Assembly: GCA_032718475.1 (NCBI GenBank)
Contig: JAUCBJ010005433.1
Coordinates: 1-64,000, forward strand
Source of the DNA: Nemertoderma westbladi
Taxonomy: Eukaryota; Animalia; Xenacoelomorpha
DNA length: 64,000 nt
Reading direction: 5' to 3'
Numbering within the stretch: position 1 is the stretch's first letter; every line of letters starts with the position of its first letter. The position numbers and the translations under genes are program-made. This document shows positions 52,633 to 64,000 of the stretch, piece after piece. Below the pieces are notes generated by a model. That model did not search any database, was not told the origin of the DNA, and saw nothing but the letters and a program-made list of their open reading frames with translations.

Positions 52633-55600
52633 TGTGGTATCATACTAACTAGTGTTAAATGAACTAAATGAACTACTAACTGTATGTATCTGGTGGTGGT
52701 TATACTATAGGTTAACAGCTGTTGGATCCTATTCAAGAGGCGATTGATATACAGTGTTCGGGTGATGGGGTTTGGCTTGTATTGTTATTTTTATCTTTTA
52801 TATTTTTATTGATTATATTGTATAAGTAAAACATTTTCCAGTTCGTAATAATACATGGCGCAGTGTGTGAAAAAATTTATACAGTAAAATTTCGTTTATT
52901 TTGTCTGTTTTATCTCGGCAATCTATGTTACTGGTTAACACGTTATGCCTACTAAAGCAGACCTAGAAGAAGAGCTCCGGTTGTTAAAACAACAACTAGA
53001 GGAAGCGCAAGCGACTACTACCATGGAAGCCAGCGGTGTGAGCTCGGATTTTCTCAAGGGTATGGCCTTGCTTCTTAAACAATCAGACGATCGTGCATCA
53101 GCTAATCAACAAGTGCTTCATGATATGATCGTCAGCAGTCGCCAACCTCCAGTAGGGGGCCCACTCCCTACTGCAGCTAGGGGGACCCGTCCACTTCGTA
53201 TGGAAACGCCAAAGTTAGGCTCACCCGAGTCAATGACACTCACTATGTTAGAAGATTGGAAATGTCGCTGGGAGGACTACAAGGTGGGACTCCGGCTGGC
53301 TGAGGAAACATTGCCAGTGCAGCGTGCAGCCCTTCGTTATTGCCTTCACGAGGAGTGGTTAAGGCTCTGGGCTATAGTATACTTGTTATAGTAGATACTG
53401 AAGATGTGGATGGCATTATCAATGCTTTAACTCGCCACATTCGAAAAAATAGACATCCATTACTAGACCGTGGAGAATTTCACGCACGGACTCAGGGTCG
53501 TGGTGAGAAGTTCAATGACTTCTTTGTAGCCCTTCGCGTTTTAGACCGAGCCTGTGCGTGGGAAAATTGTATCAATGCTTCGGCACATCAAGAAGAGCGT
53601 TTGGTAGGCAAAATTGTTTCTGGGTTGGCGAATGCCCGCATTCGCCAGGAGATTCTTAAAACTCCTTTAGAAGACCTAAAGTTGGATGGTGTACTTCAGA
53701 CGTGCCGTACAATGGAGTCCAGCATTGAAGTGGATGGGAAACTTAACTCCCAAGGATCACTACCAGTCACCATGGTGCATCAGCGAGATGATAATGAAAG
53801 CAATGGTGAGCTATGGTATGATGATAGTGCAGTTAGCGCACTTTCACGCTCAAGTTATAAGATAGGCAAAAACGCGCGGGACACAAGCGTTAAAATGCAG
53901 CAGAGCCATAACCAACAGAATGCAGCGGCTTGCAAAAACTGTGGATTGACCAACCATTCCCCTGGTCAAGCATGCCCAGCACGTGTTGTGAGATGCTATA
54001 CTTGTGGAAAATCAGGTCATTTTGGACGAGTTTGCCGCCAAGGTAAGAACAATCCCCCAGTAAGGCCCAAAACCCCAGGGGCTATTAACCACTTGTTTAT
54101 TGGAAGCATTACTAAAGGCGATTCTGATGTCCCAATTCACTCCAGTTTAGATGGTGGGGACCCATCTACAATGGTCTGGTTATGTGATCCAGGTGCATTC
54201 GCGAACATTATATCTTGTCAGGACTTGGCCATTCTCGGTGAGGGGCGCCATGATGTCAAAATGGGCCCCGACCATGATACTCTCACTGGTCCAGATGGTC
54301 ATGTATTAGCGTCGTTTGGGGTGGTGAGTATTAAATTCCAGCTATATGATAGAGTGCATACAGCGATGGTCCATGTTCTAGAAAATGCTCGTACACCATT
54401 GTTATCACGAGAGGGTTGTATTGCTTTGGGTCTTATTCCGCCTGGATGACCTGTTTCAGTAGCCCAGTCTGGGTGGGAAAATCCAACAATTGGTGCACCG
54501 CTAAAATATAGTACTGAGTTGGATAGACAGTTCTCTCTGTCAGCACTTTCGAATTCAACTCAAATCACACCTACATCAGTGGGATGGGGAGCTATGTCCC
54601 CAGATATGGAATTATTACCAGCTCTTGTAAGGGCAGCTCCAGCTAAAGGTGTACTAGCAACCAAGGAGAGTTGGTTTGCAGAGTTTGGGGATGTATTCCC
54701 TGAACTACATGATGATACACCATTATCCACAATGGCTGGACCGGAAATGGTAATTAATTTAAAGCCGGGTGCAGTGCCATCAGCTAGGTATCGACCATAC
54801 CCAATACCAATTCATTGGCAAGAAAAAGTCCATGATATGTTATTAGCTATGGAGTCCAAAGGTGAAATTGAGAGGGTGGCAGTACATGAGGTGTCTGACT
54901 TGGTGCATCCAAAGGTGGTGGTCCCTAAGAAAAACTCGACAGAACCAAGAATTACTGTCGACTTCACTGCTTTAAATCGGCATGTGCGGCGACCAGGCTA
55001 CCCTACAAGGATACCAGCGCATGCGGTAGCCCAGATTCAGCCGGGAATGAGGCTGTTCAGCACTTTTGATGCGCGTCATGGGTACTGGCAGGTGCCCTTA
55101 GCAAAGGAGAGCCGCGCCCTGACCACCTTCATTACACCATGGGGTCGTATGAGGTTCTTAAGAAATGTAATGGGCTTGATCAGTGCTGGTGACGAGCACA
55201 ATAGCCGAATTGATGATGCGCTGCAGGGTATACCTAACGTATACAGTATCGTTGAGGACATTGTGGCATGTGATATTGATTCTGATGCTCACGAGGATCG
55301 AGTGCGCACCATTCTCCAGCGCTGTCGCAGTCATAAGATCACATTGAATCGTAATAAATTTGTCTATGCACAGCCTCAAGTATAATGGTGTGGCTACAAC
55401 TTATCAGAAGAGGGTTACAGAATGTCAAACAACTTAGTTGAGGCTTTGTCATCATTTCCAGTACCACAATATCGCACTGATACAAGGTCTTTTTGTGGCT
55501 TAGTGCAGCAGTTTAATGCATTTTCCACAGATATCGCCTTGTTGTCAGCACCAATTACCGCATTGCTATCGCCTAAGGTCCCATTTGTATGGGAGGCCCC

Positions 55601-57658
55601 TCAGCAAAAGGCATTTGATGACCTAATAGCAGTGTTAACTTCGAACCATGTGTTAGCCCAATATAATCCAGGCTGAAAGATGCGCCTTGAGACTGACGCT
55701 GCACAGTCTAAAGGCCTGGGTTTTGCATTATGGCAACAACAGCCACATACCACAGAAGCAGATATCGTTTGGCGTCTTATCCAGTGTGGCTCCAGAACGG
55801 TAACACAGACTGAAGCTCGGTACTCAGCCACAGAAATTGAGTTATTAGCGGTAGTTTGGGCGGTTCGTAAATGTAGCCTGTTCCTCCGTGGGGCCCATTT
55901 TGATCTAATTGTCGACCATAAGCCCCTAGTGTCTATACTAAACCATAAGCCATTAGATGAGATAGATTCACCCCGTATCATGAGGCTCAAGGAGAAGCTA
56001 GCATGTGTAGACTTGACAGCAATCTGGAGGAAAGGATCGGCTCATACTATTGTGGACACCTTCTCAAGGTTTCCGGTTTGCCCACCAGACATGGAAGATG
56101 AAGAAGGTGGGGCAGAAATAGAGCACTGTATTAATCTTGTGGCTGCCAATGCGGTAAATATTAGTAGTGCAAAGATAGACTCTGATTTAGCCTTAGAGAA
56201 GATTAAGGAAGCTGGTGCAGCTGATGGGGAATACATGAAATCGTTTGACCTAGTAACTAAGGCTGCATTTCCAAACGAGAAATACATGTTGGACTTAGAA
56301 TTAAGGCCATACTGGCTGTTCGGGACGGCCTATCGGCTTATGATGGTATGGTCCTATATGGCAGTCGCATCGTAGTTCCGAAGCAGATGCGTCACAAGAT
56401 ACTACTTGGGCTTCATGTCGCACACCAAAGACAGGAAAGAGCCCTTCAGCGCGCAAGGGAGTGCGTGTTTTGGCCTGGGCTTACAAATGATGTGGCCAAC
56501 CAGGTTCGCAGTTGCCCAGAATGTGAAACCCATAAAGCAAGTTACCGACAAGAGCCATTTATCCACGACATAAGACCAGTGTTTGCAGGTGAGGCTATAT
56601 CCGCAGATTTATTTTTTTATGCGGGAGGTCAGTTACTTAGTCATTACGGATAAATACTCTGGTTGGCCCGAAGTATACCCATGCGGGAAAAGAGGGGTGA
56701 ACACATCACATACAATCGGCCATTTGGTGTCATGGATTAAGCAATTTGGTTTTCCACGACGTCTAACTACAGACAATGGCTCGCAATTTTCGTCCAACGA
56801 GTTTGCGACCTTCTGCTCAGACAATAACATAAACCATGACCCTTCGTCCCCTCACCACCACCAGGCTAATAGTTATGGTGAGGCGGCTGTGAAGAGTATG
56901 AAGGAGATGTTAATAAAGGTGAGCCCATCAGGTGACACAACCACAATCAATTTCGCCATTGCTATGTTAGAATATCGCAACACACCTCGGAAAGATGGCC
57001 TCAGCCCAACCCAATGGCGACTAGGACACCATACTCGGACAACATTGCCTATGACCAACTATGCCACGATAACGGAAACGCAACGTGGAGCAGCTGAATC
57101 TAAAGTGTCAATCATTCGTAATAACGCTTCCCGCCTGAATGACCGTGGGTCTCATGTTTTGTCTGTTCTCCAGCCAGGCGAGCATGTTCGGATACAAAAT
57201 CCTCGATCAAATAAATGGGACACAATGGCAACAGTTGTTCGCGGTAATGAACGAAACCGAAGTTATTTCGTCCGTACAGATTATGGGTCAACACTTTGGC
57301 GAAATAGGCGATTCCTTCGGCCTGTATTCCAAGCGGATACCCCTACCACATCGGATAGTCATGTTGCTCCCACGCCAATACCACAAAGTTCGCCTACAGT
57401 AGATCAGGATGGCTGGTCTGTGGTGCAACCACGTCGAGGGACCCGTTCTCGTGGTGTGACAAAATTCTTTGGTGTGACACCCCAAGGGGGGAGGGGGTTT
57501 AAGGGGGGCATGTGGTATCATACTAACTAGTTTGGTATTATGTGTTAAATGAACTCGTGTTCGGGTGATGGGGTTTGGCTTGTATTATTATTTTTATCTT
57601 TTATATGTTTATTGATTATATTGGATAAGTAAAACATTTTCCAGTTCGTAATAATACA
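52633..57658 (+). mobile_element. Full-length degenerate Ty3/Gypsy LTR retrotransposon, antisense to HSD17B4
   Basis: TG...CA LTRs at 52633-52855 and 57511-57658; 5-bp TSD CTGAC; PBS TGGCGCAGT (tRNA-Ser-like); G-rich PPT before 57511; domain order gag-PR-RT-RH-IN. Confidence 0.96.
52945..57530 (+). pseudogene. Gypsy gag-pol with frameshifts and in-frame stops
   Basis: Two CCHC knuckles, protease LCDPGA, RT FDARHGYWQVPL and IVEDI, RNase H LETDAA and YSATEIELLAVVWAV, integrase H-H-C-C and TDNGSQF, broken over six ORFs. Confidence 0.92.
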
Positions 57659-57663
57659 CTGAC

Positions 57664-57813
57664 CTGCGGAATAATTGGCTTGACCAAAGTTCCCAAAGAT
57701 ACCGGATAATGATGACGTCATAACAATGCGACCATAGTTCTGTTTCCTCATGTGAGGCCAGGCGGCGCTGGTTACTTTGAACGCACCGAGAAGATGGACT
57801 CTGTAAACCATAT
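57664..57813 (-). CDS. HSD17B4: HSD17B4 exon (SDR catalytic region); most 5' exon found in the window
   Basis: [35 protein letters not shown]...[10 protein letters not shown]; ttttcag| and G|gtcagt. The YxxxK motif is completed by the next exon. Confidence 0.95.
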
Positions 57814-57869
57814 CTGAAAATGAAGTACAAATTGAAATTAATACATTTTGTTGGTTTGAGGCGGTTAAA

Positions 57870-58050
57870 AAACAATGAGCAACAACAAGCAACAATGAGT
57901 AACAACGAGCAACAATAAGCAACAACGAGCTACAATGAGCAACAAGCGAGCACCAAAGAACAACAATGAGCAACAAGCGAGCACCAAAGAACAACAAAGT
58001 GCAACACTGAGCAACATTAAGCAACAACCAACATCAACGAACAACGAGCG
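57870..58050. repeat. Degenerate 7-10-bp repeat (caacaatgag-like)
   Basis: Imperfect tandem aacaatgagc/aacaagc units. Confidence 0.8.
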
Positions 58051-59134
58051 TTTGCGTTATGCGTTTTAGCACCCTACAGAGATTTTGTACTAATCATTGT
58101 CTTGTCATTAATTATAATACAGTAATAATAAATCATAATAATCATAATCAGACTTTTCAAATTAATTTCCGATATAAAAAACTGGGTGTTTCTAGCAGTT
58201 TCAAAGTGAAATATAACTGCAGGAAGTTTTGTTAATTCAGTAATTATATAAATTAGAAATAATTCATAAAAGGTAGATATGATAAATACAGTTAAATGCT
58301 GGGCTGCATATCAATGTCAAAATATAGGCCTAAATAAAATTGCACGCACAAGAAAAATAATTATTATAGACCATAAATTTGTCAAAAGTACTGTAGTGAT
58401 TTTCAAGAAATCCAACTGTTTCAATTTATTTTTAAATACATTGACAGATTGTGATTACATTACCATTTCGGGAATAGTATTCCAAATTGTATCTAGACGG
58501 CTACGAAAATGTGTTTCCAGTTGTTTCCGCTTTTTAACATTATTTTACTGATGTACCGGTCCCATGGGCTCCGTGTCGAATCTAATTTAACTTAGGCCTA
58601 AACATTTTGCATGACATTTCTGATTTCTCTCGTATCTCGTCTGAACCAATCAGAAAACAGTATTCGCCTACGCGTATGTCAAATCGCTCAATGTAATATA
58701 TAGATCGTGTAGATACTTGGATACGTACGCACGCACGCACCGCTCATAAGTGGAAAAGTTTAACCCACCTACTGCTACTGCTCCAGGCTACTACAGTACA
58801 ATTCAATTCAATTCAACGTTTGTACGTGCAGTACAACTGGAAGTACTGGAAGGATACCTCGTACTGCTGTACTGTCATACCAGCATACAGTCCACTCCAC
58901 ATGCAGTCTATGCTGTAGGCCTATCACTGTATCATGTATGCTAGCTCAGTCAGTCAGTAGCTGGTCCTGGCACCTGGTGTACGTACTTCAGTACTGCAGT
59001 ACTGCTATACTGTCTGACTATCTAAATATAGGTACTGCAACTAGATGGAATGTGTTCTGACTGTCTGATGTTGGATGTTGCATCTTTCTATGAACTCCGG
59101 TCCTGCAGCCTAGTCTTCGCGTTGTTGTTCCGAT

Positions 59135-59776
59135 ATGGATCCGGGGAAGTTTAGTGTAGCTCGACTCCGAGATTATTGTATTCAGAGCGTTGATGACCTC
59201 AATGGCGAAGTTAACATTCCATTCTATTTGAAATCATGGCAAGAAATTTTGCTATTTTTCAACACGATGGGATCTGTTTTCAACTTTCTCACGTCGGATG
59301 TGAAAAGTAAAATGAACACGGTACAAACGAGCTTAGATGACGACCAAATTGCTTCGCATTACCAATATATCGGGAAGATGCTAAAATACGAGTTGGATAA
59401 CGATTTAATCGACCTCGTACATTACGGGAAGCTTTCCGGTGCACGACAACTTCTAAGGTTGCATCGCGCTTTTAAGTTCGTAGCTTTGCTGCTGCAAGGT
59501 TTAGAAACAAGTTTAGAAAGCGACAACTCGCACAAGATTGCGAGTAAATCTTACGAGCATTCGCTAGCTCCGTACCATACATGGTTGATTCGACACACGG
59601 TTTACTTCGCACTCCGAGCTCTACCGTCGAGGAAGACATTGTTTCTACGACTATTCGGAGACCGCGAGGAAACCGACGCCAAACAGGAACTTAACTCGGC
59701 TGTTGATGCGTTGAATAGAACCTATGAGTTGACTAATTCCTTGTACGACCAGTTGAATTTGCTAGACATTCCCTAA
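59135..59776 (+). CDS. CPTP: Ceramide-1-phosphate transfer protein-like (GLTP fold), intronless
   Basis: 213 aa with FLTSDVKSK (D..K), SGARQLLRLHRA and YEHSLAPYHTWLIR...ALPSR. The arginine-rich headgroup site fits CPTP/GLTPD1 better than GLTP. Confidence 0.85.
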   Translation: MDPGKFSVARLRDYCIQSVDDLNGEVNIPFYLKSWQEILLFFNTMGSVFNFLTSDVKSKMNTVQTSLDDDQIASHYQYIGKMLKYELDNDLIDLVHYGKLSGARQLLRLHRAFKFVALLLQGLETSLESDNSHKIASKSYEHSLAPYHTWLIRHTVYFALRALPSRKTLFLRLFGDREETDAKQELNSAVDALNRTYELTNSLYDQLNLLDIP

Positions 59777-61364
59777 TCGCACCTGCAATCTGTGTTATAT
59801 TCTGCTGCATGTCTGTCTGTGATGGTTTATCCGTTACCTGTTACCAGTGTCTACCTAACCTACCAACACATAACACACACCTTCTCCCCGAATCACGAAT
59901 ACTGGTACCGCGGTACTCATAATGAATATGCATTACGTAGTCGTTTATATTATATTGATTAACATACAATAATACAGGACATGGTTTGATTCAGGTAATG
60001 GAACATAAATTAATAATTGATACACGCAATTGCGAGACGTCTATTAATTGTCTATATTTCATATTTGGATACTGCTGATACGTTATTCAGTGGTATTTAA
60101 TGTTTATGTATTATTTATTTGCACTTTGGAACAAGAATGTGCTATTAATATTGTGCGTGTTAGACCAGTTTAAGTAACAATTGATTTAAATCTTTAGTTG
60201 GCTAACAGATTGATTTTATATTATGATTGAATTCAAAATCTACATTTCTTCGACACAAAATGTATTGAAAATATGGCGATATATTGGATTATTTTGCGCT
60301 GTGGGGCGAGCCGTCTGTTAGCCTTCAGTGGCCAAAGAGGCATTTACTGCCCGGGGTCTATCTGTCTGCCCTGCCTTTATCAATGTTTTAATGAAAATTG
60401 GATGTGTGAAGAAGATAAAAGTTTTGCGAATTGCAACCAATTTCACACAGGCGGTTTCGCATGACTATAAAGTTTCAGAGATTTCACAGTAGATAATAAT
60501 TAGGCCTACACAATTGCTTGTTTGTTACTAACAGTGTTATAAGCACTTACTTTCAGAATTGGAAGTTTTTCGCAGGCAAATTTTATGTAATTTTCAGTTT
60601 AGATAGGTGGTACATAAATGTGTGTAAACATCTCTGTCGTGTTTGTAGACGTATCTGGGGACTCTTGAAGCAATACAGATTGAACTATAGAAAATAGCTG
60701 CTTTAGAGCAAAAATGAAACTGTTTTGGTTTGCTCATTGTTTTGGTTAGCTCTTAGAATAAAATTGAACTGTAACCTGCTCCTTTCCCTTAATTGATATT
60801 TAATTTTCGGCGAGTGCATTTCTGATTTTTGTTTACTGCGATCCTGAACGCGATATTAATTCACCGAGACGGGATTATTGTCTCGGATCTCGGTGTGTAA
60901 GTATTATGAATACCTGTAAGGAATAGCTGCTCTGTGGTATTTGCTAAAGAATGTTAATAAAAATGTGTCATAACTATTTATTACATGAAAAACAAATATA
61001 CTTTTTCCTTATCCCGATGACTCAGATGTATAACTTGCCGAGCGAGCGAGTTAATTATACATTAAGACAAGGTTGCTTTGTTTTTCGAGTAAATGGTGCA
61101 TAATGACCTCGAACACAAACTATGTTCTGTATGTGTTTGTTTAGTGAGTGTTAATTTAAAGCATTACAGGAAAGGAGCAGGTTACATTGGCAGTGTTTTC
61201 TAACCACACAATAAACGAAACTTTATTTAAAGTATGTGACCAATTTGCGCTGGAGATCATTCATTGAGTAAACCATTGTACTTCTAGGGGATCCAGGCGT
61301 CGCCGTGGATTCATTTAAACTTCGCTTCCAAGTAGAACGGGTTGATTGATGTAGGGTAGGATAT

Positions 61365-61718
61365 ATGGTGCCAGTCTGTCTACGTGTGTATGATGGTGTC
61401 AGTCTGTCTACGTGTGTATGATGGTGCCAGTCTGTCTACGTGTGTATGATGGTGTCAGTCTATCTACGTGTGTATGATGGTGCCAGTCTGTCTACGTGGG
61501 TATGATGGTGCCAGTCTGTCTACGTGTGTATGATGGTGCCAGTCTGTCTACGTGTGTATGATGGTGCCAGTCTATCTACGTGTGTATGATGGTGTCAGTC
61601 TGTCTACGTGTGTATGATGTTGCCAGTCTGTCTACGTGTGTATGATGGTGCCAGTCTGTCTACGTGTGTATGATTGTGCCAGTCTGTCTACGTGTGTATG
61701 ATAGTGCCAGTCTGTCTA
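61365..61718. repeat. 28-bp minisatellite (~12.5 units)
   Basis: Unit atggtgccagtctgtctacgtgtgtatg. Confidence 0.95.
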
Positions 61719-62253
61719 AATACCAGACATACAACGCTTTGCGGTAACTGGCCGGTAAGTGGCTGGTGATACTGATATCATATATGTATTTTAAGGTAAA
61801 CGTAAACCTCCCCCATTTTAAGGTAAATAACTTAACCTTTGTTTCACTTCCATCCATGTATTTTTTTTTAGGAATAAACTCCAATCTTTATTCCCAAAAC
61901 ATACTGTAGATTATAAATCAGTTAAAAGGGCAAATTTGTGGAGTATAATTTTTTATTACGATGTGGAAAGTTTTGTTTGAATTCAATGGAATTGTTTTGT
62001 TATCTGAATCATTTTGTTATTTTTATTAAAACGTGTTCTTTCAATTTTCGTTGTGTTGGTCTTGATGAAGCTGTTCTGTTTACTATTAATGTTACAATAA
62101 ATGTCTACATATTTTTTAGTTACTCTGGGTCAGATTACATTATACTAATCCTTGATTTATTCGCTTATGAGGTGGGTACGGTACGGTCTAGCAATTATAA
62201 TGTTGACCATATTATTAGTGCTGTAGTTTTGCGCGGGAAGGTTTGAACTTTGA

Positions 62254-62625
62254 AGGCTATTATCTCAGAATGACATTTTTTCGCACGAAAAATACTACTC
62301 CTCCGCCGTTATTTGCAATTTTTGCTATATATGAAAGGTAATTTCATAAGCTTCAATAAATTTCACGCACTTTTCTTAATTTAAAAATATTTCCCTATTT
62401 TTTGAATGAAAAATTACAAAAAACATGGGTGTTTTCAGTTTTTAAAAAAATTTGAATTTGTTTTTACAAAATTGCCAATTATCAGAAATAGAAAAAGAAA
62501 ATACAAAAAGAGCGTGAAAAATATGATGAATGAACATGCTGGTTTCAAAAAATGGGGTATCGGAAAATAAAATGGACAATAACGGAGGAGTAGTCTTTTT
62601 AGTGACATTTTTAAAATCTCACGCA
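62254..62625. mobile_element. Possible MITE remnant
   Basis: Inverted pair actactcctccg..gttatt (~62293) / aataacggaggagtagt (~62578). Confidence 0.35.
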
Positions 62626-62666
62626 GGCCGCAAGGGGGCGCTAAACATTTTTTTTTATATAATATA

Positions 62667-63495
62667 TCGATGGTGTTTTATCATAACGACTCAAATGTCA
62701 TTTTTGTCAAAATAGAGTTTTGGTGTTTTTTGGCATATTTAGACTTCTACGAATCTTCTATTAAAGTATTAGAGCCTAGTTGTTGCGTGTGCTTGAGTTA
62801 CAGCGCATTTCAGAAAATTGCATAACCACTCAAATGCCAATTTTACATTAAGTCAAGGGAAACTGTTATTTTTTCATAACCACTTAAACCCATAGCCCAT
62901 CATTACAGATAAGGAGATGGTGATTGAAATTCGTCCCTTACAGACTCAATATACTATCAATGGGCGGGAAATTCGAATTGTAACTAATTCAAGTACTTCT
63001 TTACATGACTTATCTTTCAGATTTCAGATTAAATAAATATTTTATATTTTTAATTGACATTTAATTTAATATCGGTAATTGTGTTTGTTCAAACAATGCA
63101 CTGTATTAGTCATGAAGTCCAGGTTTTATGGAGCCGAAAGTGATGGATAGGAGGATAGATAGTTAGCAGTTCATGAAAAGACTGTCTCGGACAGATTTCA
63201 CTGATAGTTTTGTTATCGTATGCCTAACATATTAATAGATATGTCGTTATGAAAAATCACAATTTAAGTGAAAAAATTTTGCATAACCACTCAAATCCTA
63301 AAAAAACATCGATAAATTGGTTAAATGTCACTAAAAATCCTAATTGTGGTGTTTTACCGCATGAAAGATTTACTATCTACCTTATGAAACCAAAATTGAT
63401 CTCCTAGGGTACTATAGGGGAATTAGAATGTAGAAAATGCTCCCCTGAACAATTAGGTTTTTGAGTGTTGAGTGGTTATGATAAAACACCATCGA
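62667..63495. mobile_element. MITE with ~27-bp TIRs and TA flanks (Tc1/mariner-type)
   Basis: TA|tcgatggtgttttatcataacgactcaa ... ttgagtggttatgataaaacaccatcga|TA; internal cataaccactcaaa repeats. Confidence 0.75.
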
Positions 63496-64000
63496 TATGT
63501 ACTTTTGATGATTCTCTTTTCGATGGTGGTATATCGTTTCTCTATGCATTTTTCGACCACATTGGATACATGTACAAAATAAGAAAAAACCAGACAGCTG
63601 TTAGACAACTGTATGCCCTACTACTGTGACGCTGTTGATACAACTAAAAGTTGTATTGGATTTAATTTTAGTTTTGGGGTTCAGTGTTGGAAGTTATGTA
63701 GTGGGTCCGGTGGACGACCCCACATCAGAGCCAAGTCTGAGTCTGCCATGTAACCATAGGCCTACATTATCGAAGAATAATGGGGACATCACCTACATTA
63801 TGTTTCGAAACGACAACATTTTTTAGCTGTTAAGTTAATTTACATCTTACAAATTCCAATCTGACAATTATTAATCGTCGCATAAATTTCATTTAAATTA
63901 TCAAATGCGTGCCAGCACATCAATGCGCAGCTCACCCCACCACTCCAACTCACCACACATGTTAACAACTGTTGTGCAAGCTCTTGGAGTACCGTATTTC

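Noticed and set aside
57814-64000. 5' exons of HSD17B4
   Set aside because: No GxxxGxG or NNAG-coding exon recognised on the minus strand; presumed outside the window.

Overview
AT-rich, intron-containing animal genomic DNA, probably invertebrate; the taxon cannot be determined from the sequence. The main feature is a minus-strand peroxisomal multifunctional enzyme type 2 gene (HSD17B4/MFE-2). Eleven coding exons lie between 57813 and 23418, all with GT-AG boundaries and matching phases, covering the SDR dehydrogenase, hydratase-2 and SCP2 domains and ending in a PTS1 (-SKL). Its 5' exons were not found and probably lie beyond the window. Its introns hold an intronless same-strand DENR gene, an intronless antisense CPTP-like gene (nested if the 5' exons are indeed further out), a degenerate Ty3/Gypsy LTR element, an IS3EU-like DNA transposon, LINE fragments, a Helitron and MITEs. 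At the left edge are two exons of a probable secreted protein that the ORF track misses. About 30% of the window is tandem repeat. The most striking pattern is that the large satellites not derived from transposons begin at RNA-processing signals. Two arrays (678-2146 and 43953-50279) are amplified exon-end/5' splice-site junctions. The 7.9-kb array begins at the predicted HSD17B4 cleavage/poly(A) site. The Gypsy target-site duplication is also a splice donor. Coordinates and copy numbers were read by eye.
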